A stretch of DNA of 58,433 bases from a virus (taxonomy: Duplodnaviria > Caudoviricetes), in the IMG/VR virus record IMGVR_UViG_3300025759_008281, positions 1 to 58,433 of that record. The stretch is one strand, 5' to 3'. Under the pieces are notes generated by a model. That model did no database searches and was not told where the DNA came from. It was given only the letters and a program-made list of their open reading frames with translations. Shown here one piece after another: positions 45,859 to 56,599 of this stretch. Both the position numbers and the translations under genes were made by a program. How positions within the stretch are numbered: position 1 is the first letter of the stretch; each line of letters starts with the position of its first letter.

Positions 45859-48620
45859 GAGTATTAAATGCAATGCAAATAAAAAGTGGGGCTAAGTCAG
45901 AAGGGTATCCTACTACATCAAGTCTTACACAACCAATACAGTTTCTTCCATCAAAGAAGAAAGATGATGACTGGAGAGCCTGGAACATGGATTGGCTAGA
46001 GCTACAAGGTATTGAGTTTTTAAGATTGAATGCAAGAAAACTTTTGAAGAACTATAAGTTAGCCAAAGGTATTATTGATAAAACAGATTACATTGTTGAA
46101 GAGGATAATGAATACAAAGGCATGATGGATGTTCTTACACAAGAAGATTCATCTGCTTTAGAATTAAAGTTCTATCCAATTATTCCAAATGTAATTAATG
46201 TACTATCAGGAGAGTTTTCAAAAAGATATTCTAAAGTACAGTTTAGAGCTGTAGATGATTTATCATACAATGAGATGCTTGAAGCTAAAAGAGCTCAAGT
46301 AGAAGAAAACTTACTTGCAGATGCAGAAGCAAAGTTGGTAGCTAGAATGTTAGAGATGGGTATGGACCCAGGATCTGAAGAAGCACAACAAGAACTTAAT
46401 CCTGAAAAAATTAAAACACTTCCTGAAATAGAAGACTTCTTTTCTAAAGATTATAGAAGTATGGTAGAGGAGTGGGCATCACATCAGTTAAATGTAGATG
46501 AAGAGAGATTTAAAATGCAAGAACTAGAGGAAAGAGCATTCCGTGATATGCTTATTACTGATAGAGAATTCTGGCACTTTAGAATGTTAGAGGATGATTA
46601 TGATGTTGAATTATGGAATCCTGTTTTAACATTCTATCAAAAATCTCCTGATACTAGATACATATCTGATTCTAACTTTACTGGAAAGATAGACTTAATG
46701 ACTGTAGCTGATGTTGTAGATAAATACGGATATTTAATGACAGAAAACCAGCTTCACTCACTGCAAGACATCTATCCAGCTAAATCAGCATTGTATCAAG
46801 TTAATGGGTATCAGAATGATGGAGCATATTATGATCCTTCTAGGTCTCATGAATGGAATACACAAATGCCTGGTTTAGCTTATAGAAAGTTTGTAAGTAA
46901 CTGGTCAGATGATCCTGCAAGAGGTGGTGATATTATAAGTGCTATCCTAAATGAAGGGGATGATGTTACTCTATGGGGTGAAGGTGAGTTAATGAGAGTG
47001 ACTACAGCATACTGGAAAACTCAAAGAAAAGTTGGTCACCTTACTAAGATTGAGAAGGATGGTGAAATTATCCAAGAAATAGTTGATGAGACTTTTAAAG
47101 TTACATGCAAACCAATCTATGATACATCTATCTTTAAAAATAAAAAGAAAGAGAATTTAGTAGAAGGAGAACATATTGACTGGATATGGGTTAATGAAGT
47201 TTGGGGTGGTGTTAAGATTGGACCAAACTTACCTGCATTCTGGAGATCAAATATGTCTTCTGATAATATTAATCCTATTTACTTGGGTATTAATAGAACT
47301 AAACCAGGAAGAATACCATTCCAGTTTAAAGGAAATAATAACCTATATGGGTGTAAACTTCCTGTAGAAGGTAGAGTATTCTCTGATAGAAATACAAGAT
47401 CTACATCACTGGTTGACCTTATGAAGGCATATCAAGTAGGATATAACATGGTAAATAACCAAATAGCAGATATCCTAGTAGATGAGCTTGGTACTGTAAT
47501 CATGTTTGATCAGAATGCATTACCAAGACACTCAATGGGAGAAGATTGGGGTAAACATAATTATGCTAAAGCTTGGACAGCAATGAAGGACTTTAGTATG
47601 TTACCACTTGATACTTCTATTACAAACACTGAGAATGCTACAAACTTTAATCATTATCAGACATTAAACTTAGAACAAACAAACAGATTGATGTCTAGGA
47701 TTCAGTTAGCTAACTATTTTAAACAACAGTGTTTTGATGCTATTGGTATTAATCCTCAGAGATTAGGTTCTCCAATTGGACAAGAAACTGCAACAGGAGT
47801 TACTCAAGCATTGAACCAATCATATGCACAAACAGAAACTTACTTTACACAGCACTCAGATAACTTAATGCCAAGAGTACACCAGATGAGAACAGACTTA
47901 GCACAGTACTATTATAGTTCAAATCCAAGTGTTAGGTTACAGTATATATCTTCAGAGGCTGAAAAAGTAAACTTTACAATAAATGGTACAGATTTATTAC
48001 TAAGAGATTTTAATATCTTCTGTACAACTAGGACAAACCACAGACAAATTCTTGAGCAGCTTAAACAATTAGCTCTTACTAATAATACAACTGGTGCATC
48101 AATCTATGACCTTGGTAATATTGTTAAGGCTGATAGTATTGCAGAAGTTTCTGATATACTTAAAGATGCTGAAGCTAAGCAAATGCAGATTAGACAGCAA
48201 GAAATGCAACAGCAACAACAAATGCAGCAAGAGCAAATCCAAGCTAAGCAGCAAGAAGAACAAATGAAGTTACAGTTTGAGCAAGCTGAGAATGAGAAAG
48301 AAAGACAAAAAGATGTTTTAGTTGCTGAGATTAGATCTGCAGGTTATGGAGCTGGGCAAGACATTAACCAAAACTTACAATCTGATTTTAAAGATTCTAT
48401 GGATGATTTAAGAAAGAGGTCTGAATATAGGGAGCAAATGGACTTTAAAAGAGAGCAAGCTTCTGTAAAAAATTCTATGGATAAAGATAAGTTAACTATA
48501 GAAAGAGAGAAGTTGTCAACTCAAAGGGATATTGCAGATAAAAACTTGCAGATAGCTAGAGAGAATAAAAACAAATATGATGTACAATCACCTAAAAAAG
48601 ATAACAAAAAAGATCAATAG
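45855..48620 (+). CDS. Portal protein
   Basis: 921 aa; YPIIPNVINVLSGE, GINPQRLG...ETAT; Gln-rich C-terminal coil; crAss-like position. Confidence 0.85.
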   Translation: MRVLNAMQIKSGAKSEGYPTTSSLTQPIQFLPSKKKDDDWRAWNMDWLELQGIEFLRLNARKLLKNYKLAKGIIDKTDYIVEEDNEYKGMMDVLTQEDSSALELKFYPIIPNVINVLSGEFSKRYSKVQFRAVDDLSYNEMLEAKRAQVEENLLADAEAKLVARMLEMGMDPGSEEAQQELNPEKIKTLPEIEDFFSKDYRSMVEEWASHQLNVDEERFKMQELEERAFRDMLITDREFWHFRMLEDDYDVELWNPVLTFYQKSPDTRYISDSNFTGKIDLMTVADVVDKYGYLMTENQLHSLQDIYPAKSALYQVNGYQNDGAYYDPSRSHEWNTQMPGLAYRKFVSNWSDDPARGGDIISAILNEGDDVTLWGEGELMRVTTAYWKTQRKVGHLTKIEKDGEIIQEIVDETFKVTCKPIYDTSIFKNKKKENLVEGEHIDWIWVNEVWGGVKIGPNLPAFWRSNMSSDNINPIYLGINRTKPGRIPFQFKGNNNLYGCKLPVEGRVFSDRNTRSTSLVDLMKAYQVGYNMVNNQIADILVDELGTVIMFDQNALPRHSMGEDWGKHNYAKAWTAMKDFSMLPLDTSITNTENATNFNHYQTLNLEQTNRLMSRIQLANYFKQQCFDAIGINPQRLGSPIGQETATGVTQALNQSYAQTETYFTQHSDNLMPRVHQMRTDLAQYYYSSNPSVRLQYISSEAEKVNFTINGTDLLLRDFNIFCTTRTNHRQILEQLKQLALTNNTTGASIYDLGNIVKADSIAEVSDILKDAEAKQMQIRQQEMQQQQQMQQEQIQAKQQEEQMKLQFEQAENEKERQKDVLVAEIRSAGYGAGQDINQNLQSDFKDSMDDLRKRSEYREQMDFKREQASVKNSMDKDKLTIEREKLSTQRDIADKNLQIARENKNKYDVQSPKKDNKKDQ

Positions 48621-48756
48621 GAAATAAAGATTTGTACGTTAGCTATATACTGCATAAAATGAAAATTATAGATTAAAATATTTTAAGTTTAATTACAAAA
48701 TAATATCTATATTGTATGTGTAAACAATAAGTTAATCATTTAAAACCAACAAAAAA

Positions 48757-50046
48757 ATGAGTGATTCAAAAGAAACAATGGAAAGTAAAGTAGAAACAGT
48801 AGACGTAAACCTTGATGAAATATTCAATGGAGCAGCAACTGCTGAAGGTGTTACTTTACCAGAAGAAACAACAACTCCTAAAGGTAACATATTTAACAAA
48901 CCAACTGAAACCTTTGATGATTCTTTTACAAAATCAGAAGAGTCAAAAGAAGAAGAAGAAGAAATTACTCCTGAAGCAGAAACAGAAGTAAAAACTACTT
49001 CTGAAACAAAAGAAGAAACAAAAGAAACTGCTAATGAAGTATTTGAAGATTTAGCAATTGATGAAGATCAAGAAGTAGAAGATGAAAAGAAAGAAACTAG
49101 AGGTAGAAAAGCTATTACAGGAATGGCAGATGTCTTTAGTAAATTAATTAAAGATGATAAGATTGTTCCATTTGATGATGATAAGTCTTTAGAAGACTAC
49201 ACAGCTAAAGATTGGACAGAACTTATTGAAGCTAACCTTGAAGAGAAAGCTAGACAAATAAGAAGTGAAACTCCAAAACAATTCTTTGAGAGTTTACCAG
49301 AAGAACTTCAAATTGCAGCAAGATATGTAGCAGAAGGTGGACAAGACATGAAAGGATTGTTTGCAACTTTAGCAGCTACTGAAGAGGTTAGAACTTTAGA
49401 TGTTTCAAATGAAAGGGATCAAGAAAGAATTATTGTTGATTACCTTACAGCAACGGGGTATGGTACATCTGAAGAAATAGCAGAAGAAATTGAAATTTGG
49501 AAAGACTTAGGAAAGCTTGAACAACAAGCATCTAAGTTTAAACCTAAATTAGATAAGATGCAAGAGAAAGTTGTAGCTCAGAAACTTGAACAACAAGAGA
49601 TGAAGAGAAAGCAACAAGAGCAAGCATCTAAGCAATACATGGAAAATGTGTATAACACATTGAAAGAAGGTTCTTTGAATGAGATTAAAGTAGACAGGAA
49701 AGTACAATCAATGTTATATAACGGATTAGTACAACCTAACTATCCATCAGTAAGTGGTAAGAATACTAATTTACTAGGACATCTACTTGAGAAGTATCAA
49801 TTTGTAGAACCTAACTATCCTTTAATTGCAGAGGCATTGTGGTTATTAGCAGATCCTAAAGGATACAAGTCTAAGATCATGGATAAAGGTGCTCAAGCAT
49901 CTGTTGAGAAAACAGTAAGGAAGTTAAAGACAGAACAGGTTAACAGTGGAGGAAGCTCTTTAGGAGTTGAACAAAAAGAGAAAGATGTTCAAAAATCTAA
50001 CAAGAGAAAGATTCCAAGAGGTAACAATATATTTAAGAGATTTTAA
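48757..50046 (+). CDS. Acidic scaffold/cargo-like protein
   Basis: Glu-rich, between portal and major capsid genes. Confidence 0.6.
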   Translation: MSDSKETMESKVETVDVNLDEIFNGAATAEGVTLPEETTTPKGNIFNKPTETFDDSFTKSEESKEEEEEITPEAETEVKTTSETKEETKETANEVFEDLAIDEDQEVEDEKKETRGRKAITGMADVFSKLIKDDKIVPFDDDKSLEDYTAKDWTELIEANLEEKARQIRSETPKQFFESLPEELQIAARYVAEGGQDMKGLFATLAATEEVRTLDVSNERDQERIIVDYLTATGYGTSEEIAEEIEIWKDLGKLEQQASKFKPKLDKMQEKVVAQKLEQQEMKRKQQEQASKQYMENVYNTLKEGSLNEIKVDRKVQSMLYNGLVQPNYPSVSGKNTNLLGHLLEKYQFVEPNYPLIAEALWLLADPKGYKSKIMDKGAQASVEKTVRKLKTEQVNSGGSSLGVEQKEKDVQKSNKRKIPRGNNIFKRF

Positions 50047-50104
50047 AGAGGTTTATTATAAACAGAAAACAATTATTAATTATTAACAATCAAAACAATC
50101 AAAC

Positions 50105-51721
50105 ATGGCAACTCCAGTATTAAACAATGGAATTTTCCTAAGAGATACAAGCTACAAAGCTAGTTCTCACGTTGATTCTTATCACTTGACACAGATGTTA
50201 GGATCATCTGAGCCAATGGATATGGGACCAGTAGACTTATGGGCAATGACTCAGAAGGTTGAAATGCCTTTATATCAAATGGCTTCATTTGGTGGTAAGA
50301 ACACAATTTTAGTAGACAATGCAAGAGGTGAATACAAATGGCAAACACCAATTGCTGAAGATCTACCTTTTAGTGTAGCACCTTTAACAGCTGAACCTTC
50401 AGTAGGTGCTGATGGTACAACTTTCCAAATCAAACTTTCTAAGAGAGCTTTTGGACATGGTGATATCATTACTTATGACAAGTACAATGGTCTTGAACTT
50501 TACATCACTGCTGATGATATTATTCCAGCTGGTGACGGGTTTATCTACACTGTACAATTAGTGAACAATGATAACGGGGCTGAATTAGACGTTGCAAAAT
50601 ATCTAGCTTCTGGAACTAAGTACTTTAGAAAAGGTTCTGCAAGAGGTGAATATGGAGAGAGATTCTCTGATATTGAAACTGGTTCTGGATTCAGAGAATT
50701 CTACAACTATGTAGGAGGAGCTGAAGCTCACGTACACTATTCAATTTCTTCTAGAGCTGATTTAATGATCAAAGGTGGAATGAATTCAGATGGTACTGTT
50801 CCTGTAACAGAGATCTGGAGAAACTTTGATCAAGATGCTGATCCTTCTGTTTCTTCTATTGAAGAATTAGTAGCTAGCATGGGTAAATCAGGTGCTAGAG
50901 ATGCATTTGAAAGTGGAAGATTATCTAGAACTTTCATTACTAACATGGAAGCAGCTCACTTAAGCAAGATTGCAAATGATATTGAGACTTACTTAATGTG
51001 GGGTAAAGGTGGTAGAATCAAACAAGACGGACCAGATGATATTAGATTATCTGTTGGTTTATGGTCTCAGTTAGATAACTCATTCAAAAGAATTTATAAC
51101 AAATCTCAATTTACATTGGATATGTTTAAATCTGAGTTATACAACTTCTACCAAGGTAAAGTTGAATTTAAAGGGCCAGATCCACAAAGACAACTTGTTG
51201 TTCAAACAGGTATTGGTGGTATGCAGTTAATCAACAAAGCAATTGCTAACGAGGTATTTGGTGCTGGATTAGTTCAAAATGCTTCTGACATTGGTGCTGT
51301 AACTGGTAAAGGAATGGATCTTGATTTTGGATTTGCTTATACAAGCTTTACAATTCCTTTCTTAGCTAACGTTAAGTTTGTACTTAACCCAGCATTTGAC
51401 AACTTACATACAAATGATATTGAGAATCCATTAATTGATGGAAGACCATTAAGCTCTTATAGCTTCATTATCTTTGATGTAACTGAAGAAGGAAATGATA
51501 ACATTCACTTATTGAAGTTATCTTGGGATAATCAACTTAAGTGGTTCTACCAAAATGGTACTATGGACTACATGGGAAGATCTCAAGGATTTGCTTCAAC
51601 TGGACAGTTTAATGGTTACAGAGTTTATATGACTCAAACTATGCCAGCTGTATGGGTGAAAGATCCAACTAAAGTTTTAAAAATTGTAATGAGAAACCCA
51701 GTTACTGGAGGATCATTCTAA
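50105..51721 (+). CDS. Major capsid protein
   Basis: 538 aa; position, YLMWGKG...GLWSQL segment, strong terminator downstream. Confidence 0.85.
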   Translation: MATPVLNNGIFLRDTSYKASSHVDSYHLTQMLGSSEPMDMGPVDLWAMTQKVEMPLYQMASFGGKNTILVDNARGEYKWQTPIAEDLPFSVAPLTAEPSVGADGTTFQIKLSKRAFGHGDIITYDKYNGLELYITADDIIPAGDGFIYTVQLVNNDNGAELDVAKYLASGTKYFRKGSARGEYGERFSDIETGSGFREFYNYVGGAEAHVHYSISSRADLMIKGGMNSDGTVPVTEIWRNFDQDADPSVSSIEELVASMGKSGARDAFESGRLSRTFITNMEAAHLSKIANDIETYLMWGKGGRIKQDGPDDIRLSVGLWSQLDNSFKRIYNKSQFTLDMFKSELYNFYQGKVEFKGPDPQRQLVVQTGIGGMQLINKAIANEVFGAGLVQNASDIGAVTGKGMDLDFGFAYTSFTIPFLANVKFVLNPAFDNLHTNDIENPLIDGRPLSSYSFIIFDVTEEGNDNIHLLKLSWDNQLKWFYQNGTMDYMGRSQGFASTGQFNGYRVYMTQTMPAVWVKDPTKVLKIVMRNPVTGGSF

Positions 51722-51737
51722 AGTTAAACATTAACCT

Positions 51738-51774
51738 AAAAAAGGGAGGGATTAATCTCCCTCCTTTTTTTTTT
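51738..51774 (+). terminator. Intrinsic terminator after the major capsid gene
   Basis: GGAGGGA-TTAATC-TCCCTCC followed by 10 T. Confidence 0.85.
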
Positions 51775-51791
51775 ATATATAAATAGAAATC

Positions 51792-52598
51792 ATGGGAAGA
51801 AAAATTAGTTTATCAAACAGACAGGTTGCAGCTCCTGGTGAACAGGCAAGTAGAGCAACAGTAAATCAGGTTAATTTAGCTATTCAAGGTAAGTTAGCAT
51901 TGCCTGCTTATTTAGATGCATTTGAAGCAATTAAAGCAGGTGCAGAACCTGGAGACTTATTTCTTAAGTTAAGAAAATTAAATGGTGAAATACTTAGCAC
52001 AGGAGTTATTATTCCTATAAGTAAAGGTATATTTGAAATTTTTGAGGCAAGAGAAGGTATTGAAAGACTTAAGGATTTAAGATCTTCAATTGAAGTAAAC
52101 ATCAATGAATCTGAAGAGTCTATTAGTAAGATTAAGACTGAAGTAAAAGATAATGATGAGAAATTAAATGTCTTAAGGGAGGAGTCAAATGAGGCTGCAA
52201 CCAAAGTTAAAGACCTTCAAGTTCTAGTTAAAAAGTTAGAAGATAGTCTTGCTGAAGCTAAAAAGGCAGGTGATAAAAAAGCTGCAGAGGATTTTGAAAA
52301 AGACATTAAAGAAAACAGAAATAAGATTGCTATTATTTGGCAGACGTATAGAAAGGATGATAAAAGTATCTCTGAGATAAAATCTGATATACAAAAGTTA
52401 GATATAGATGGAAAAAAGATTCAGGAAATACTTGACAAGCTTCAAGAGTCTTTATCTAATTCTGAGACAAGTATTAAAGACCTTACTGAAAAAGCTGATA
52501 AATTAGAAGCAGAATTATCAAAAACAGGAAGTCCTGTTGCAGATGATATGTTTAGATTGGCTACTGATGAAGGGTATCCTGCTGGACCTCCTGCATAA
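51792..52598 (+). CDS. Coiled-coil protein, possible head fibre
   Basis: Short N-terminal module LPAYLDAFEAIKAGAEPGDLF, then a long heptad coil. Confidence 0.55.
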   Translation: MGRKISLSNRQVAAPGEQASRATVNQVNLAIQGKLALPAYLDAFEAIKAGAEPGDLFLKLRKLNGEILSTGVIIPISKGIFEIFEAREGIERLKDLRSSIEVNINESEESISKIKTEVKDNDEKLNVLREESNEAATKVKDLQVLVKKLEDSLAEAKKAGDKKAAEDFEKDIKENRNKIAIIWQTYRKDDKSISEIKSDIQKLDIDGKKIQEILDKLQESLSNSETSIKDLTEKADKLEAELSKTGSPVADDMFRLATDEGYPAGPPA

Positions 52599-52610
52599 GA
52601 CTCAAAAACC

Positions 52611-52638
52611 TTAGTAAGCTAGGCAACTAGCTTGCTAA
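52611..52638 (+). other. 12-bp hairpin with GCAA tetraloop
   Basis: TTAGTAAGCTAG-GCAA-CTAGCTTGCTAA; no U-tract. Confidence 0.6.
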
Positions 52639-52716
52639 AGAAATATTAATAAATAATTATACATAAATATGTATATTTGAGTCAATTAATTATTAATTAT
52701 TTAAAACCAAACAAAA

Positions 52717-53733
52717 ATGGAAGATTACACAATTGTAGAAAAGTATCAGCAAAGAAAAGCAAAGACTATTGCTGTTAAACCATTTTTTAATCCTAACAAA
52801 CAAAACATGGGATTAGAAAACTATGGTATGGCTCTTTATGATGGAGTATGGCATGAAGAGAACTTAGCTTGTTTAGAAATGAACGGAGTTAAAAGATATG
52901 TTACAGGTCTAAATGAATTTGCACCTGAAGTAAAAAAATTATCTCCAGGAGAAAAAGAGATTAAAATAAAAGAGATTAGAAAGGTTGTTTCTGAATTAGA
53001 AAAAGATTTAGCAGCTAATGTTGTTGATCCAGAAGACAAAGACTTTTGGAATAAACTTACTTTGTTAAAACCTGATAATGATGCTTTTTGGTCTAAGATT
53101 TCTATTAGATGTGGTAATGATCCAGTATTTTTAGATCCTGCAACAGATCCTTATGATTTGATTAAGTTGTATGCAATTAAGGCTGGTGGATTTTCTATAG
53201 TTGCAAAATCTTTAAAAGATGCAAAAAAACAGAACCCAATTCCTAAGTTTTATTTAGATTCAGAAGAAGAATCAATTGCTACAAGAACAGAATATACTAA
53301 GCTTAGAAATAAAGCATTGGTTGCTTTAGAAGATATGTATAACAAGAATACAAGCAAGCTTTTATATGTTGCTAAAATTGTAGATTATGATAGCACACAA
53401 TATACTAAGTCTACTCCTACTGATGTTTTATATGAAAACATGGATATGTTTATTAATGGGGATGGGACAGAGACTAGTAAGAAGTTATCTGCAGAGAAAT
53501 TTATTCAAGCATCTAAGCTTACAATGAAAGACCTTAAAGTTACGGCAATTGTTAAAGATTGTATGTACTATAAGTTTATTACTAAAAAAGGTAGTGGATG
53601 GATTGAAACTTTAGATAGCAATGTTAAGTTAGGTAAGATTCCAGAAGAGGTGTCTGCTTTCTTAAAGAACCCTGATAATGAAGAAGTATTAAATAATTTA
53701 CAAGCTAAATTAGAGCCATACTGGAATTCTTAA
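52717..53733 (+). CDS. Structural-module protein (crAss-like capsid block)
   Basis: 338 aa; position downstream of the major capsid gene. Confidence 0.6.
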   Translation: MEDYTIVEKYQQRKAKTIAVKPFFNPNKQNMGLENYGMALYDGVWHEENLACLEMNGVKRYVTGLNEFAPEVKKLSPGEKEIKIKEIRKVVSELEKDLAANVVDPEDKDFWNKLTLLKPDNDAFWSKISIRCGNDPVFLDPATDPYDLIKLYAIKAGGFSIVAKSLKDAKKQNPIPKFYLDSEEESIATRTEYTKLRNKALVALEDMYNKNTSKLLYVAKIVDYDSTQYTKSTPTDVLYENMDMFINGDGTETSKKLSAEKFIQASKLTMKDLKVTAIVKDCMYYKFITKKGSGWIETLDSNVKLGKIPEEVSAFLKNPDNEEVLNNLQAKLEPYWNS

Positions 53734-53744
53734 ATATATAAGTT

Positions 53745-54452
53745 ATGAATAATGCCGTTCTACAAATAAAGATTAAGCAAAGACTTAATAAGTTAGATAG
53801 TGAAGACTATGATAATATTCAAACATGGGAAATGATTGAAGCTTTTAATAAAGCTCAGTTAGAATGGTGTAGAAGAAACTTACATGGAGGGAATATGTAT
53901 AAAGAAGGTGATGAAGCATCTAAGAGAAGAATAGATGATTTACAAATACTTCTTACAGAGTTATTATTAACGGGAACAGTAGAAGATACTTTTTTTAGAG
54001 CAACTAACTTTCCTGTTAATGATTACTTAGAATTTAAAAGGGTTAGTGTAGAAGCAACAAGTGAGTGTTGTCCAGAACCAAGATCAATGACAGTTTATTT
54101 AGCTGAAGAAGCAAATGTGAATCTTATATTAAGAGATCCATTGAAAAGACCTGATTTTGACTGGGGTGAAACTTTCTGTACTTTGATTGATAATGAGGTA
54201 CGTATATATAAAGACACCTCTTTTAATATTGTTAATCCATTACTAACCTATTATAGAAGACCAGTTTACATTCAAATAAATGGTGTGTTAGATCCATATA
54301 CAGGTCTAATATCTACTGTTGATGTTGAGTGTGAATTTAAAGATGATATTGTAGAATTATTAATTGATGAAACTGCTTCTATACTTGCAGGAGATATTGA
54401 TAATTACACAGAGATGCAAAGAAATCAACAAGCTGCAGAAAGATCAAATTAA
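53745..54452 (+). CDS. Putative tail ring / head-tail adaptor protein
   Basis: FNKAQLEW...KRRIDDLQILL...LTYYRRP...CEF pattern seen in crAss-like ring proteins. Confidence 0.6.
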   Translation: MNNAVLQIKIKQRLNKLDSEDYDNIQTWEMIEAFNKAQLEWCRRNLHGGNMYKEGDEASKRRIDDLQILLTELLLTGTVEDTFFRATNFPVNDYLEFKRVSVEATSECCPEPRSMTVYLAEEANVNLILRDPLKRPDFDWGETFCTLIDNEVRIYKDTSFNIVNPLLTYYRRPVYIQINGVLDPYTGLISTVDVECEFKDDIVELLIDETASILAGDIDNYTEMQRNQQAAERSN

Positions 54453-54473
54453 TGTTTGCAGTTTATAAAAAAC

Positions 54474-54484
54474 TTTGTATATTA
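54474..54484 (+). promoter_or_regulatory. TTTGTATATTA putative late promoter
   Basis: Copy of the repeated motif. Confidence 0.6.
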
Positions 54485-54538
54485 TAGTATACTTACACGG
54501 GGTAGGTATATATTTATTTATATTTTAAAATTTGAAAA

Positions 54539-55723
54539 ATGAGTTATTTTAATCATGCATTTTGTAAATCATTTGCTCCAATTGCTTTAGAAGCAGTGCC
54601 AGGAGAAAAAACAATTGATTTACTTCAACAAGAAATTGCAGTAGTGACTGAGGACTGGTTGACTGTAGATGGTACGGCAGCTGTCCCTCAAAAATTTTAC
54701 ATTGCACAAGGTGCTTACACAGATCAAGATAAGATTGGAAACAATCCTGGTCATGGTGGATACACAGAAAGTATTAAATCAAAAATGATTAATGCTAAGT
54801 ACATTACTAAATTATATTCAACTGAAGTAAAAGCTGGAGCAAATGCTACTGCATCTTTAGAAGTTGGATCTGATTGTGTACCATGTGGTGAAGTTTTATT
54901 AGTAAGACTTGATGTTAAAGGTTCTCCTGCATTAAGATTTTTAAACCATAATGCTTATGCAACTGCAGATTCTAGTAATATCTGTTGCACAGCAGATGGA
55001 CAAGAGTATATTGATCCTGCATCAGCTTTAGTTGAGGCAATCAAAGAAGTTACTGCTGATCCAATTGTTGCTCCATTTGTACAAGTAGCTGAAATTGAAG
55101 TTTCATATGAAGCAGCTGGTGTTCCGACAACAGATGTTTTTGCTTCTGTAGCTGCATTTGAAGCTGGATATACTGCATCAACAGATCCTGTAGGTGATAA
55201 AGTAGTTGCAAAAGTTACTTTAGAAGGGGCTTATGTTGATACTAGATTTGGTGATTGTTCTTTTGATACTAGAGATCATTATGAAAAAGAACCTGTATCA
55301 TTAATTCTTTCTGCAATTGATGAAACTGGAGATCCTTGTTCTGATTGTGGTGTTTCTGCAGCTACTCCTGGAGAGATGCAACAAACAAGTGGTGAGACTG
55401 TAGCAAGAAAGATTATTTTATCTGAAAGATACAGACAATCTCCTTACAACCAAGGTAATGCTGATTCTGCAAGAATTAGAGAGATTGAAGGTTCTGATGC
55501 TGTTATAGCTGGTGTTGATAGAGATGCTTTATACAAAGTGTTTGTTATTGAGCACGTAGTTCCAAGATTTAACAACCCATCTGGAGTTTTTGACAATGAC
55601 AGATATTTATATGAAATTTTTGTTAAGTCTTCAGATGTTGTATTGATAGCTGACTTAGATACTATATTTGCAAACATTGAAACTGTTTCTGGAGTTCCTT
55701 TCCAAGCAAACATTGATGCTTAA
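54539..55723 (+). CDS. Structural protein (auxiliary capsid-like)
   Basis: Has its own promoter motif and terminator; Ala/Val-rich. Confidence 0.55.
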   Translation: MSYFNHAFCKSFAPIALEAVPGEKTIDLLQQEIAVVTEDWLTVDGTAAVPQKFYIAQGAYTDQDKIGNNPGHGGYTESIKSKMINAKYITKLYSTEVKAGANATASLEVGSDCVPCGEVLLVRLDVKGSPALRFLNHNAYATADSSNICCTADGQEYIDPASALVEAIKEVTADPIVAPFVQVAEIEVSYEAAGVPTTDVFASVAAFEAGYTASTDPVGDKVVAKVTLEGAYVDTRFGDCSFDTRDHYEKEPVSLILSAIDETGDPCSDCGVSAATPGEMQQTSGETVARKIILSERYRQSPYNQGNADSARIREIEGSDAVIAGVDRDALYKVFVIEHVVPRFNNPSGVFDNDRYLYEIFVKSSDVVLIADLDTIFANIETVSGVPFQANIDA

Positions 55724-55745
55724 TAGTAATAACAACTAATTAATT

Positions 55746-55778
55746 AAAGGCAGGTATTGATTACCTGCCTTTTTTTTA
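55746..55778 (+). terminator. Intrinsic terminator
   Basis: GGCAGGTA-TTGAT-TACCTGCC followed by a T run. Confidence 0.85.
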
Positions 55779-55788
55779 TTCTATTATT

Positions 55789-55799
55789 TTTGTATATTA
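55789..55799 (+). promoter_or_regulatory. TTTGTATATTA putative late promoter
   Basis: Copy of the motif directly after a terminator. Confidence 0.6.
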
Positions 55800-55835
55800 T
55801 ATGTGTAGTACTATATTTATTTAAAATTTATTTTA

Positions 55836-56387
55836 ATGGCCAATAAGCATATATTAAGTCTGGAAGTTCCTAGTGTATCCAATTGTGGGATTCTTTCAGT
55901 AAAAGATACCAGTCAATACACAGATGACTTAGGAGTTGATTGTGAAGAACTTTTAATAACACCTCCAGGATTTAATAGCCCTGCTTTAATTAAAGTAAAG
56001 CATGGATTTGATTTGAATATAAATGGTTGCTCTCTTGGCATCCAAAGCACTGATTGTGGTAGCACAAGAAGTGTACTTCCTGATGGTGTTTATATTATCA
56101 GGTATAGTGTTTCTCCAAATGACAAGGCATATGTTGAGTATAATCATTTAAGGGTTTGCTCTATTATGGATAAATACTACAAAATACTATGTGATATAGA
56201 TATGAAGCCTTGTGCTCCATCAAGTGAAAGAGCAGATTTACTAGCTGAGCTTGCATATATTAGGACACTAATTGATGCAGCAGTTGCTAAAGTTGAATAC
56301 TGCACAAGTGCTAATGAGGGTATGGAACTTTATAACTATGCAATGAAGAGATTAAATAAGATAGATTGTTCAGCAATCTGTTGTTAA
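55836..56387 (+). CDS. Putative tail/ring structural protein
   Basis: LPDGVYIIRYSVSP motif and Cys-rich helical C-terminus. Confidence 0.55.
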   Translation: MANKHILSLEVPSVSNCGILSVKDTSQYTDDLGVDCEELLITPPGFNSPALIKVKHGFDLNINGCSLGIQSTDCGSTRSVLPDGVYIIRYSVSPNDKAYVEYNHLRVCSIMDKYYKILCDIDMKPCAPSSERADLLAELAYIRTLIDAAVAKVEYCTSANEGMELYNYAMKRLNKIDCSAICC

Positions 56388-56412
56388 CAGTTAAATATTA
56401 AAACCAACTAAT

Positions 56413-56598
56413 ATGAGTAATTGTGGATATTGTAATAAAGGATTTTCTTGTGGGTGTCAAAAGACTAAAGCTAAAGATGGAACAGTTGTACATAAGACAT
56501 GTAAACAAGCTTATGAAGCATCTGGTTTTCAAAAAGCCTCAACATCATCTGATCCACTGACCAAAAAAATTAATGAAGCAAAAAATAATTTAAAGTAG
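56413..56598 (+). CDS. Small Cys-rich protein
   Basis: CGYC...CGCQ...HKTC. Confidence 0.6.
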   Translation: MSNCGYCNKGFSCGCQKTKAKDGTVVHKTCKQAYEASGFQKASTSSDPLTKKINEAKNNLK

Positions 56599-56599
56599 G

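Noticed and set aside
43520-51721. Introns or inteins in terminase, portal or capsid genes
   Set aside because: The ORFs are continuous, with no visible intein splice motifs or homing-endonuclease inserts.
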